In this document: positions 15,036 through 27,854 of the stretch, one piece after another
How positions within the stretch are numbered: the stretch's first letter is position 1
Layout: every line of letters starts with the position of its first letter
NCBI GenBank assembly: GCA_964016885.1
Contig: OZ024745.1
Coordinates: 130,510,001-130,574,000, forward strand
DNA length: 64,000 nt
Direction: 5' to 3'
Source of the DNA: Eledone cirrhosa
Lineage: Eukaryota
Notes under the pieces: generated by a model
Told to the model about the DNA's origin: nothing
What the model saw: only the letters and a program-made list of their open reading frames with translations
Databases searched by the model: none
Position numbers and translations under genes: made by a program

Positions 15036-15104
<69 letters not shown>

Positions 15105-15299
15105 TTTATGTATGCATGCTTGCATGCTTGTACATGCCGGTAAGAAATACTTAGAAAAAGGAGGGGGAATGTGAGCAAATATGTGAAAATAGAGAATAAG
15201 AGATCGACGTGGTAGACATGGAAGGAGTGAGAGGAGGTGATGAGGATGTGGTGGACGTGGCGGAGTAGGAGGTGGGGTGACGACGTGGGGGGGGGGGGG

Positions 15300-15300
<1 letters not shown>

Positions 15301-15331
<31 letters not shown>

Positions 15332-15349
15332 AAGAAGAAGAAGAAGACC

Positions 15350-15389
<40 letters not shown>

Positions 15390-15608
15390 GCAGCAACAAC
15401 AACAAGAGCAACAACAAAAGCAATAACAACAGTAACAACCACATCAACAACAATAAAAACAGCAACAACAACAATAACAGCAACAACAAAAGCAATAACA
15501 ACAACAACAACAAACAGCAACAACGACATCAGCAACAATAAAAACAGCAACAACAACAACAACAACAGCAACTACAACAACAATAACAACAACTGCAACA
15601 AGAAGAAT
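15301..15608. repeat. (AAG)n followed by degenerate (AAC)n
   Basis: Direct reading. Confidence 0.95.
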
Positions 15609-15789
15609 AAATAATAGGCGAAGACTAATATGAAAGTGTATTTTTACGATTCTAACAGATCCAAGAAAATATGTAGAATTATCTTATACAGATACAGATA
15701 GACTGGCTGACATATATATACATGTATGTCTATATACATACATGGAAGCATGCGTTCATACATAAAACATGCATACATACATATATACA

Positions 15790-15990
15790 TGGTGGCTGCC
15801 AACTCGTTTGCAAGTACGGCCACTACTTTATATCCATGTAGGAGAACCCCTACCGATGCGCTGAACGAATGTGACTTTAGTCCAGCCAGCCACTTGAAAA
15901 CTCTGGTACAAACACTACACTTGCGACAATTATTGACACATAGTGCTGGGCCAATGGTACCATGTGACGACAAGTGCAGAGAGATCTCCA
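15790..15990 (-). mobile_element. RTE-clade LINE 3' end (C-terminal C2H2-like finger)
   Basis: Minus strand KCSVCTRVFKWLAGLKSH, then short UTR ending gagttggcagccaccatg into a microsatellite. Confidence 0.6.
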
Positions 15991-16111
15991 GATATAAAGC
16001 CATGCCATGTATGTATGTATGTATGTATGTATGTATGTATGTATGTATGTATGTATGTATGTATGTACATGCATACATATGTATGTATGTACATACATAC
16101 ATACATACATA

Positions 16112-16945
16112 TATGTGAAAACAAGTGCAGACTCTGCAGAACTAACATCGAGGATATCACCCATGTCATCAGCAACTGTCCAAAGATGTTATCGCGGTAC
16201 TATCTACCTATGAGGCATGATGTAGTGGCCAAAATACTGTACAATGCAGTCCCTAAAAAGGATAGCCCTGATAATAAACACATTAAAAGCTACAGCAATT
16301 TGGAAGACATCCACGTACATAATATGAAAGAGTACTGGTGGAATGTTCGAGTAAAAACCCCAATAAAATGCAGGCATAACAGACCAGATATGATGATATG
16401 GGACAGGGAGAAGAAGGCATGCACAGTAGTGGAAGTTAGCTGCCCAGCAGATGTCAATATAATATCAAAGATTAGTGAAAAGGAGAATATTTATGCAGTA
16501 CTGATGAGAAATCTGCAGATACTCCACCCTGATTACACCTTCAGATTTATGCCTGTGATTATTGGGGCACTGGCATATGTTATTAACTGCCTCAATACAA
16601 ATCTTGAGAAGCTAAGCTTCACAGGAACAGGAAGAACACAACTAGTTAGGAAATTACAAGTACAATCCATTAATGGAACAGTAAAAATATGTAAAACATT
16701 CCAAACATTTTGCATCTAATAACTGCATATACACATGTACAGATACAAAGCATATACACATGCACACATACAACTCAAAACAGACACATCCATACATACA
16801 ATAACATCCATATCTACACATGCATGCATACATATCTACCTAGTTGATGTTGTGTAAATTCCAATGAGAGAGTCTTGTGTCTATGTTAGAAACCGGCTCT
16901 CTCTCTATTGGTAAAACTTTGAGAAATTATATAACCAGAAGAACA
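16112..16945 (+). mobile_element. R4/Dong-type LINE 3' part: CCHC knuckle + REL endonuclease, stop at 16719, then 3' UTR
   Basis: CRLC..EDITHVISNC, RHD, RPD...D...EVS, KENIY, PVIIGAL motifs. 5'-truncated at (TACA)n. Confidence 0.92.
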
Positions 16946-18160
16946 TATACTGGCCGACATATATATACATATATGACTATATATATACATGGAAGCATGC
17001 GTTCATACATACATAAAACTTGCAGACATACATACAGACATATATATATATACATGCAGATAAACTGGCCGACATATATTTACATATATGACTATATACT
17101 GTATATACATGGAAGCATGCGTACATACATACATAAAACTTGCAGACATACATACATAAAACTTACAGACATACATACAGACAGACATATATACATACAG
17201 ATAGACTGGCCGACATATATTTATATATACATATATGACTATATACATACATTGAACCATGCATTCATACATACATAAAATATCCAGACATACATACATG
17301 CTAGCATACGTACTTAATGTATAAATACATATGTGCTTTCATACATACGTGCATACGCAATATACGCATTATATATATACATATATGCATACATATATAA
17401 TACATATATACGTACGTAATACATATATGCATGTATATATATATACATACATAATACATATATACATACAAACACAAATGCATACATACATGCATACTTA
17501 CATACATACGTAATACATATATATGTATACATACATACATAATACATATACATATATGCATACATACATACATACGTATACATATATATATATGTATACG
17601 TACATACATAATACAAACAAACATAAATAGATACTTATATGCATACATACATACGTAATAAATATACACATGTATCTATACTTATATGCAAACATAAATA
17701 CCTACATACATATATACATAAATACGTAATACATATATACATAAAAGCATACATAAATACATACACAAATAAATACGTAATACAAATACACATGTATACA
17801 TACATACATGCAAACATACATAAATACGTAATAGATATATACATGTATCCATACATATATACATACATAAATACATACATACATGAGTAGTAAAACTCAA
17901 ACACATATATGCATATATACATACGTAATACTTATACACATGTATACATACATACATGAAAACATAAATATATACATACATAAATACGTAATACATATAT
18001 ACAGAAATGCATACATAAATAAATAGGTAATACATATACACATGTATACATACATACATGCAAACATACATAAATACGTAATAGATGTATACATGTATTC
18101 ATACATATATACATACATAAATACATACATACATGAGTAATAAAACTGAAACACATATAA
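16946..18160. repeat. Microsatellite-derived minisatellites (~110-bp and ~250-bp units)
   Basis: Repeated actggccgacat...catggaagcatgcg units, and a duplicated block ending catgagta.taaaact. Confidence 0.85.
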
Positions 18161-18591
18161 CTACTTACTAACATCTTTCCCCAAACTTCCCGATTTCTCC
18201 GAACAGACGGAAATCAAATATAAAAGAAATATCAGGTTGTCCTCCCATTAATAGTGTTAAATAAATAGATAAAAAAAACAGTGGCGGAGAAAATAAATGT
18301 AAGGGGTGTCTAATTAGCAGCCTTAATATCTTTAGGGAGCATTATAATGAGATAACGTCTCTCGTATGTCGTTTACCACATGGAAAAATTTTCATTTCTT
18401 CTTCTAGGAATGTAAACCGCTTATTTCTTCGGAAAAACGTTTTGTATTTATTGTTGTTTTTGTTGTTGTTTTTGTTGTTTTTTGGTGTCTGTTGAGGTGG
18501 AGGTTGGAGCCACTGTTTTAATCGTGAATGTGAATGTATATATACATATATTTATATATATATATATATATGTATTTATATATATATATAT

Positions 18592-18642
<51 letters not shown>

Positions 18643-18700
18643 TAAATATAAATATATATGTATATATGATTTATTAATAAATATATATATATACAAACAT

Positions 18701-18772
<72 letters not shown>

Positions 18773-18828
18773 TAAATATATATGTATATATGATTTATTA
18801 ATAAATATATATATATACAAACATTATG

Positions 18829-18860
<32 letters not shown>

Positions 18861-19071
18861 TCTATACAAACATTTATATATATGTATATATATATAATCT
18901 AAGTTCAAACACGAATAACTAATAGCGAACCTCCTACTGAAGAATCCGTTCCCCTTTCAGTTGTGAAAACAATCACTGCCTCTCTTTCTCCATCACTCAC
19001 CTTCTATCTTCTATTAACCTCTGAGACATTCTACCATAAATATACCCATGTATGCATATACACACACACAT

Positions 19072-19195
<124 letters not shown>

Positions 19196-19875
19196 ATACA
19201 CAAGTTGAAGGTTAGTAAAATCGAAGTTATGGCGGTGGCCATCTATATATATATATAATATATATGTGATTAGTTTCAAGTCCTCGCTATCTTAAAGATA
19301 CCGTATTTGACATCTTTCTCGGTTGTATATAGAAACAAACACCTATTTGAAATAAACTTACGCTAATTCTATGTGAAAGTTAGAATTTTATTTTAGATTT
19401 TATCCTAATAAACTTAAAGCTCGTATTCGGAAAATATATCTGTAAAATATCTGAAAGTCCTAAGGAGACAAAGAGAGAGAAGGCTTGTGACCATCACGGA
19501 CGTGGCTTTTTAGTCCTGTTAGGGACGTGCATATGGCCAGCCATATCGCACAAAATGTCTCATATTGTATCGGAAAAATGTCACATATCAAACGAGGCTT
19601 GTGCTTGAAGCTTTAAGTAAGGAAAGACTTTGCCAATCCCACTCTCTGAATATCGAAAGCATATTGCTAAAAAGAACTCGTCTACATCATTGGATGCAAA
19701 CGAAGTCGCAGGTTTTATATTAGAGTGACCTTCTTCCAGAGAGATGTCTCGATGAAGACTAGGAGACTTTTCTTCCACAGAAAAAATATATTTATTATAT
19801 AGCCTTTGACTCTTCTAAGTTCCTCCCCCCTTATATATATATACATGTATAAATATATATAATATATACAAATTT

Positions 19876-20065
19876 TAGTACAGCATCAACGAAGCTTTTG
19901 GCAGCAGCCAAGCTAACGAATGCAGATTCACTGTGCAGCTAAGCACTCAATGGTGAATATTATCCCAGAGTTATAACATTACGTTTCGACAGCTTTGCAA
20001 ATCAAATACAGCGACCTATAGTCGGGCCGCATTGCCATAGCGAGGAAAAAAATGGAACTCTGGAA
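19876..20065 (-). mobile_element. Family K element: short fold-back, HHR 3' half, tail
   Basis: Minus strand GAAA-CG-TA (19980-19987), arms ccagagtt/aactctgg, tail ATTGAGTGC (19943-19951). TA-flanked. Confidence 0.65.
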
Positions 20066-20087
20066 TATATATATATATATATATATA

Positions 20088-20153
20088 TAGATGAGATTCT
20101 ACAGGACTAGAACTGTTTCATTCTTTAGAAATCATCAGTTACCTCCGATTCAA
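20088..20153 (-). mobile_element. Family D rearranged copy with HHR core
   Basis: Minus strand CTGATGA-tttc taaa gaat-GAAACAGTTCTAGTC, joined to an inverted tail piece (gttacctccgattcaa). Confidence 0.8.
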
Positions 20154-20208
20154 AACTCACCTATATATATATATATATATTTACTATATATATATATATA
20201 TATATATT

Positions 20209-20248
<40 letters not shown>

Positions 20249-20252
<4 letters not shown>

Positions 20253-20583
20253 AAAAAGAGATGAAATCGAAAATGCAACTGGAGTCTTATTTTTTTTTTA
20301 AATATATATATTCGTTTGGTTCCTTTACCGGTTTCGCAGTTCTTCTCCTTTTCAAAAGGTGAGTTGAGATGGAGGGTCTGTGAGAAAAACCACAGGCCCT
20401 CCATCTGAACTCACCTTTTGAAAAGCAGAAGAACTGCGAAACCGGTAAAGGAACCAAATAAATATATATATTTTTTACAAAAATAAGACTGCAGTTGCAT
20501 TTTCGATTTCATCTCTTTTTCTTTATACTTTCACTCGTGTAGGACACCTCGGTTATTTTTCATTTTGTTAAAAAAAACCTCAC

Positions 20584-20588
<5 letters not shown>
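20249..20588 (+). mobile_element. Family B fold-back plus tail, copy 1
   Basis: ~135-bp arms (aaagaaaaagagatgaaatcgaaaatgcaac...gagggtctgtg) inverted, 60-nt tail, (TA)n flanks. Confidence 0.93.
20414..20451 (+). ncRNA. Minimal type I hammerhead, U3-A8 covariant core
   Basis: cctt-TTGAAAA-gcag aagaa ctgc-GAAA-CCGG-TA-aagg. All three helices pair, GUA site, ACCGGT palindrome. Repeated at 20902-20938. Confidence 0.75.
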
Positions 20589-20663
<75 letters not shown>

Positions 20664-20682
20664 TTATTTATTTATATATATA

Positions 20683-20715
<33 letters not shown>

Positions 20716-20719
<4 letters not shown>

Positions 20720-21064
20720 AAAAAAAGATGAAATCGAAAATGCAACTGGAGCCTTATTTTTAAAAAAATATATATATTTATTTGCTTCCTTTACCGGTTT
20801 CGTAGCTCTTCTGCTTTTCAAAAGTAGAATTGAGATGGAGGGTCTGTGGTTTTTCTAAAATCAGATGTGAGAAAAACAACAGACCCTCCATCTCAACTCT
20901 ACTTTTGAAAAGCAGAATAACTGCGAAACCGGTAAAGGAACCAAATAAATATATATATTCTTTTTAAATAAGACTCCAGTTGTATTTTAGAGTTTTCTTC
21001 TTTATACTTTCACTCGTGTAGGACACCTCGGTTATTTTTCATTTTGTAAAAAACCTCACTTTCT
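20716..21064 (+). mobile_element. Family B fold-back plus tail, copy 2
   Basis: Same arms as copy 1 but a different centre. Confidence 0.93.
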
Positions 21065-21077
21065 AAGATATATATAT

Positions 21078-21365
21078 GGTAGAACGAAAACCTGTTGACG
21101 AACTGAATCCTCTGTTCGATCATGAATACCACAAGCTTGCCAGTCACGTAAGTCTGATATTTGATTTCGGATTCATAGAAACACTTTAAACGTATAACGT
21201 TGATTTGTCCAGGTGTATTTTACTCAACCTGTTAGTTCTTTCGTTACTTTGGTATATTGTGTGTTAGATTTTGCCTACCACAATGTTCGATTTGTCAAGC
21301 TATTTAAACGTATGTTATTACTCTAAGGACCTACCTTATCGAGTGCTTTGCTAACTCATTATTTC
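21078..21365 (+). mobile_element. Family G copy 2 with expanded-domain-II HHR-like motif (21081-21201)
   Basis: TTGACGA-ac-tgaatcc...ggattca-ta-GAAAC actttaaac GTA. Downstream ATCGAGTGC motif (~21338). Confidence 0.55.
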
Positions 21366-21371
21366 ATATAG

Positions 21372-21564
21372 GAGATTGGTGGATTGGCAGTATCGGTAGA
21401 GTCGGACACCATGCTTTGAAGCATAGAGTTACGCCCCTTTATGATCTGAGTTCAAATCCCGCCGAGGTTAACTTTGCCTTTCATCCTTACGGGGTCGATA
21501 AAATAAAGTACCAGTAATGTACTCGGTAATTGCTGGCCTTGTGCCTAAAATAGAAACAATTATT
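21372..21564 (+). mobile_element. SINE S1
   Basis: A/B boxes, central domain and tail as at 8716. Confidence 0.92.
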
Positions 21565-21623
21565 TCATATAGTAGGCCGAATTTGCTTGCAAACCGCCAG
21601 AGATTCGATTTTACTAAGTATCC

Positions 21624-21666
<43 letters not shown>

Positions 21667-21669
<3 letters not shown>

Positions 21670-22004
21670 ATAATAATAAAATTGAAGACTAAAATCCAGA
21701 GAGGGCTCGATAAGGAAAATATATATCAAATTTATAAGAACCGAAGAGCAAATATTTATTAAAATAACAGATTAAAGTTGCTTTCACCCTTAACGCTCCT
21801 ATTAATGACGTATTATTCGTTTTTTCCCGTTCTTTGCCAGCGAACGTCACCATGAACCAAAGTATCGTCTTCCTGTCTTCCTCCGGTTGCAACGTTTTTT
21901 GAAATATCCAGTTCTGCGTTTACAGATTGACTTTGTTACTTTCAGAAGATCCCGTTAAGGGTGAAAGCAGCAATTCTTTGCTTAAACTTTAATCTGTTAT
22001 TTTA

Positions 22005-22009
<5 letters not shown>
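21667..22009 (-). mobile_element. Family C fold-back with tail and ~150-bp spacer
   Basis: tttattaaaataacagattaaagtt...tttcacccttaacg is inverted at 21953-22009. CAGAAGA-tccc gttaa gggt-GAAA motif. TA flanks. Confidence 0.85.
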
Positions 22010-22069
<60 letters not shown>

Positions 22070-22075
22070 ATATAT

Positions 22076-22119
<44 letters not shown>

Positions 22120-22416
22120 ATATATAAAATATATCAACATAGTATGTGTTTTTAATATCTAAACTAAATAAGGATATCTTTAATGTACTCTCTGCACCGC
22201 GCAGGCTCTGAGAAAAGTAAGACCCGAATACACATACTTCATCAGTCTATATCGTAGAAACCATGGTATGAGGAACTGTACAATTACACTTATTACTGAT
22301 TTACACATTTAATATGTTTAAATCTTGACTCATTGAGTGAGTAATGTGGGAATATTTTCCCCTATTTAACAATATATAATGGTAGATAACAATATATAAT
22401 GGTATAAACAATATAT

Positions 22417-22945
22417 AATTGTTTCTACTTTCGGCACAAGGCCACCAATTACCCAGTGCATTACTGGTACTTTATTTTATCGACCCTGTAAGGATGAAAG
22501 GTAATGAAAGGTATAAACAATATAAAATGGTAGATAACAATATATAATGGTAGATAACAATATATAATAGTATAAACAATATATAATAGTAGATAATGGT
22601 TTCTGATTTAGGCAAATGGCGAGACATTTTTGGCGAGGGAAAGTCGATTAAACCGCCACAGTACATCACTTGTACTTTATTTTATCGATCCCGTAAAGAT
22701 TAAAAACGGCGGGGTTTGAACTCAGAACTTAAAGGGACGGAATTCTATGCTACGAAGAAGTTTAATGGAACATAATGGTTTCTGATTTAGGCACAAGACC
22801 ATAATTTTTTTGTGAGTGGAAAGTCAATTAAATTGCCCAGTACATTACTGTTACTTTATTTTATCGATCCCGTAAGGATGCAAGCAAAGCTAACCTCGGT
22901 GGGCTTTGAACTCAGAACTTAAAGGTCCGTAACTAAATGCCGTGA
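22417..22945 (-). mobile_element. Cluster of three SINE S1 copies/fragments with a 20-bp minisatellite (gtagataacaatatataatg)
   Basis: Repeated tactttattttatcga.ccc.gtaa.gat and tttgaactcagaac. Confidence 0.85.
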
Positions 22946-23059
22946 AGAATATAATGGAAGATAATGAAATAAATAAACATTATTCATTTCAAGGTTTTAG
23001 CCAAGTGGTAGGTTAAATAAGATATTGGAATATCTGCAAAATGAGAGAGAACTCGATAT

Positions 23060-23440
23060 TGTTCGATAACGGTATTTTCTGTAACAACAAAAATAAATAT
23101 TTTAGATAGAATTGTCAGTTTATCCTTACGATAAAATAAAGTACCAGTAATGCACTGGTTCCCCTCAAATTGTTGGCTTTGTTCCTAAATCAGAAATCCT
23201 TATGTATACCACCTTAAAGAGCGGTGGATGGGCAGTAGCGGTAGAGCGTCGGATATTATGATTTGCAGCACAGAGTTACGTCCCTTTACGTTCTCATTTC
23301 AAATCCCGCTGAGGGTAGTTTTGCCTTTCATCCTTATGAGGTCGATAAAATAAATTAACAGTAACGCACTGGGATCGCTTTAATCAAGTTCCCCTCTCCC
23401 CAAATTATAGACCCTGTGCCTAAATGAGAAATCATTATGT
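23060..23440 (+). mobile_element. SINE S1 partial copy plus full copy (23220-23440)
   Basis: Diagnostic SINE motifs. Confidence 0.85.
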
Positions 23441-23944
23441 ATAACACCTTCACAAACATTCGACGTTGTGAATAGTTTGTTGTAGCAAATCCTGTTAAAG
23501 TCGATTTTGTATTTCAACATTCTGGATATGATAAAATATTTACCTCTTGAGTATGGAGGATCAATTAACTCAAATACAACACAATCAATACGACAAAAGT
23601 TCAAATCATTAGTTGGCCCTAGGCCCAGGGCCCATCACCCTTTCAGTCTCACCCTTATATTCTTCTGTGACCCTAGAATCCTTATATTCTTCTGTGACCC
23701 TAGAATCCTTGCTTTTCTCCTCATTTTCCTCTCATTTATGGCTTTTATAGTCCTTTCATCTATTTTATGATGAGGAAATTGTAGATTATCGGACTGAATA
23801 TTTTACGAGATTTATTGTTGTGACATTTAATTTCTAGGCTCGATTAACAGTAATATTTAAAGGGGTCGATTCTTTCCCCATAATTGTTTCTCTCTCCCAT
23901 AAGACAAACATATTTCTTTTGTTGGATTTCATTATTATTTGTAT

Positions 23945-24093
23945 CAGCTTTGCATTATACGGCCCTTGCGATTCTGAGTTCAAATCCCGCGAAGGTTAAC
24001 ATTGCTTTGCTTTGCCTTGCGGGGTCGATAAAATAAAATACCAGTAATGTACTGGTTAATTGCTGGCCTTGTGCCAAAAGTAGAAACAATTAT
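23945..24093 (+). mobile_element. SINE S1, 5'-truncated
   Basis: B-box, central domain, tail. Confidence 0.88.
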
Positions 24094-25096
24094 ACTGTAC
24101 TAAGTGTTTTTATGTCTTACAATAGATTTTTATAATAGATTTCTAAATACATGTGGTTTCTACCTACATATATTCGTGATAAATCTAATTTTTCTTAATT
24201 AGATATTATATTCATTATTTTTATTATGTTCCTGGATAGTTTACTATTTCGTTTAGCGTCCACATACGAATATTAAGGCTAGAGTAATGATGGATAATAT
24301 TTTTTGTTACATGTAGGTCTGTATATTGTATTAATCCAATGCAACTCTACTGTTCCTTTCTCATCAATCTTATCTTTTATTCGTGTATGGTTTATAGCCT
24401 CTTGTTCGTTATCAGGTTAGTAAGAGAAATCCTACAATCTCAGTTGATCTCTATTTCGCGTAATATTTACAGACAATAAAGTAGGAGAAGGCTTTGTTAC
24501 GGATCAGCTCAGATTGTATTTTCTCACGTTCTCTTCGCTTGGCTCTCATGGTTGCTTCACAGATTTGTACACAGCCTTAAAAGGCGTTTCAGTTTTGTAA
24601 TTACGATAGTCTCAGAATAATGAAGTTGTTTTTTTTTCTACGCACCATAATTAGAATGTGTGACTCTGAGAGAGAGAGGGGGAGGAGAGACAGAGAGAGT
24701 GAGAGTGAGAGAGGGGGAGAGAGAGATTGTGTGAGATGGAGAGAGAGAGAGATGAAGAAAGATGGAGAGAGAGAGATAGATGGCGAGAGATGGAGAGGGA
24801 GATGGAGAGGTAGAGAGAGAGAGGGGGGAGAAGTAGCAGTGTATAATTATTGCCTAGTTTACAGCCTATTGCAATTGTTTGTTCATTTAAAAGTGAAATA
24901 TAATATAGTAAAATTAAATTTATGAACAGTTTTAGAAACACAAACTATTTAAAAGATTGTTCCTAAATAATTAGGAAAAATCCACGATTTAATGATAATT
25001 TATGATATCTTAGCAGTGGCGCCAATTGTATTTAGCGTATCAAAGAGAACAATTCAACAGTGCCTGAAGTCTCAGGGAGATGTGTCCTGTTAATAT

Positions 25097-25284
25097 AACT
25101 GTTTCTACGTAAGGCACAAGGCCAGCAAATACCCAGTACATTACTGGTACTTTATTCTATCGAACCCGTAAGGATGAAAGGCAAAGTGAACCTCGGCGGG
25201 ATTTGAACTCAGACCGTAAAGGGACGTAACTATGCTGGAAAGTATGGCGTCCGACCCTCTACCGATACTGCCAATCCACCGCCT
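25097..25284 (-). mobile_element. SINE S1, full length
   Basis: Reverse complement of the 8716 consensus. Confidence 0.92.
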
Positions 25285-25844
25285 AAAAAAGATAATGATG
25301 ATGAAGAGGAGGAGGAGAAGGGGGATGAGGAAGTGGATATGGAGAGTAGGGAGAGGAGGGTTATAATAGCAACGATTCGTGGTGTTGTTATTTGTGTTGT
25401 CGTTATTGTTGTGTATGCAGTTGTTGCTTTTTGGTGATAATGAAGATAATGATGATGATGACGACAATGATGATGATGATGTGGACGGTGAGGAGGAGAA
25501 GAGGGAGGTCGGGGTACGGGAGAGCAGGGGGAGGATTATGATAGTGATGATTTGTGTTGTTGTTATTGTTATTGTTGTATATTTTGGTGGGAAAAGAGAT
25601 AATGTGGATAATGAGACGATAATAGTGACGATTTGTGTTGTTGCTGTTGATATATATATATAAATATAAGTATGTATACGTACATACATATATGTGTACA
25701 GACGTACAGTAGTATGTATATATATATACATACATGCACACATATATATATGTACGTATGGATTCACCGAACATTGATTATAAACCGAACAAACTGAGCA
25801 TTATAATAAATGTTCGGTAAATCCATACGTAGATATATATATAT

Positions 25845-26225
25845 ACATACTACTGTACATCTGTATACATATATATATATGTGCATGTATGTATATATAT
25901 ACATACTACTGTACATCTGTATACATATATATATATGTGCATGTATGTATATATATACATACTACTGTACGTCTGTATACATATATATATGTGTGCATGT
26001 ATGTATATATATACATACTACTGTACGTCTGTATACATATATATATATGTATGTATATATATATATACACATACTACTGTACGTCTGTATACATATATAT
26101 ATATGTATGTATATATATATACACATACTACTGTACGTCTGTATACATATATATATGTGTGCATGTATGTATGTATATACATACTACTGTACGTCTGTAT
26201 ACATATATATATGTATGTATACATA
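25845..26225. repeat. ~50-58-bp minisatellite (catactactgtacgtctgtatac...), about 7 units
   Basis: Direct reading. An inverted unit lies at 25680-25755. Confidence 0.9.
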
Positions 26226-26257
26226 CTTATATTTAAGTAACAGCCGTACTAAGAATG

Positions 26258-26530
26258 AGAAATGAAATTTCGTTTCATTTTTCCCAAGTTTTTTGCTTTT
26301 TTGGTGGTCTACTTTTCTCCGCCCACTTATTCCTGAGAGATTCGTGGGGGCTGAGTCCTGAAAAACTCTTTCCAGTGGGTCCTGACAGAAGCAACCGTCC
26401 CCAACTGATCCGGCTGAATCTCCAAGCTTCACCAGTCAAGCTCCTGGATGTTATCCAACCATCTTGCTCGGGGTTTATCCCTGGGTCTCCTACCAGTTGG
26501 TTTCGCTCGTAAAATGTGTCCAGTGACTAC
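26258..26530 (-). mobile_element. RTE-clade LINE 3' fragment
   Basis: GHILRAKPTGRRPRDKPRARWLDNIQELDW, the RTE C-terminal GxRxRGRPxxRW motif. Same family at 56120. Confidence 0.8.
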
Positions 26531-26648
26531 TTTTTTTTGTGGTAATAAAGATAATGAGGATGATGATGATAATAATGAGGATAAGGAGGAGGGAAATGCA
26601 AAAAAAAACAAGGGGAAACATGTGGAGCAGCATTATAACAATGATGAA

Positions 26649-26843
26649 GGTGGGGGATTGGCAGTGTCAGTAGAAGGTCTGACGCCATGCTTTGCAGCAT
26701 AAAGTTGCGCCCCTTTATGATCTGAGTTCAAATCCCGGTGAGGTTAACTTTGCCTTTATCCTTACGGGGTCGATAAAATAAAGTACCAGTAATCTACTGA
26801 AATAATTGCTGGCCTTGTGCCAATAGTAGAAACAATTATAATA
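26649..26843 (+). mobile_element. SINE S1
   Basis: A/B boxes, central domain. Confidence 0.9.
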
Positions 26844-27081
26844 ATGATGAAGCTTATTTCAGGAATTTTATATTTCCCAATAGTTGCTGTGTTATTTTTA
26901 TGTATTGGGAGGCCATGTTGTTAATTATTATTGCGCAGTATTTTTTTTTTTCTGCTTCTTTTAATCAAGAATCAGAAAAACACAATTCTTATTCGCATTT
27001 TTTTATTAGATTGTCCTCCATTTTCTTTGATTATGTACATGGAAGTATATGCGTGTCCATGCGCATGCATGTATGTGTGTG

Positions 27082-27145
<64 letters not shown>

Positions 27146-27347
27146 AAATTTCGCTCTATATGGCTGAATACAATAAATGTAATCTGAGTTTTTCGAATAT
27201 TAATAATAACATTCGATTCGTTTGCAATTATGCAAACAAACCTCAATTTTATAGCCATGTCAGTAGAATGAACACTTCATTCTTGCTCTTATGTTGGCAC
27301 ACACACACACACGCACACATACATACACATGTATATATATATATAAA

Positions 27348-27550
27348 TAAGAAAGGAGGTGTGGTAAGGAACCAGATGGACGATAACGTACCAGAGTACT
27401 CAATACTTAGAGTAGTAGGGTGGGTAATAGGAAAATGCTTAACCCCGACGGCAGAGCTCCAGCCGTTTCGACGGCTATTTCTGGACTGAAATAGCCGTCC
27501 AGAAACAGCCGTCGAAACGGCTAGAGCTCTTCCGTCGGGTTTAATATTTT

Positions 27551-27553
<3 letters not shown>
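27348..27553 (-). mobile_element. Family A fold-back, tail on left
   Basis: Matches 14849-15035 in reverse. Centre has a duplicated agccgtc/ccagaaa segment. Confidence 0.88.
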
Positions 27554-27621
<68 letters not shown>

Positions 27622-27623
<2 letters not shown>

Positions 27624-27780
27624 GAGGAGGTTATAGTTCACTTGAAGCATTGTGTAATGAGGTATAAACGTTAGAATATGTGTAAAGAATGCAATAGTGA
27701 GAGATATCTCTCACTATTGCATTCTTTTTTCTATGTCCATATCTGCATTGTCTTGGCCTTATTACACATATTCTAACGTT

Positions 27781-27782
<2 letters not shown>
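27622..27782 (-). mobile_element. Family J nested fold-back in (TA)n
   Basis: Outer arms tataaacgttagaatatgtgtaa / ttacacatattctaacgtttata. Inner perfect palindrome aaagaatgcaatagtgagagat|atctctcactattgcattcttt. Tail on one side. Confidence 0.75.

Positions 27783-27851
<69 letters not shown>

Positions 27852-27854
<3 letters not shown>

Noticed and set aside
15017-15614. Poly-L/V/T/N ORFs resembling mucin or membrane proteins
   Set aside because: Derived from (AAG)n/(AAC)n repeats.
18937-18975. CTGAAGA...GAAA hammerhead-like string (similar at 3159, 4787, 10543, 57356)
   Set aside because: Helices I-III do not pair; compatible with chance or heavy decay.
19560-19780. Possible gag remnant (FASNDVDEFFLA)
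   Set aside because: One weak motif only; not supportable.
20249-20588. Interpretation of the palindromic elements as MITEs
   Set aside because: Arms are asymmetric (one-sided tail), centres differ per copy, and they contain HHR motifs; this fits retro-fold-back better than TIR transposons.
25845-26225. CRISPR-like repeat-spacer array
   Set aside because: The spacers are microsatellite variants, the context is eukaryotic, and there are no cas genes; it is a minisatellite.
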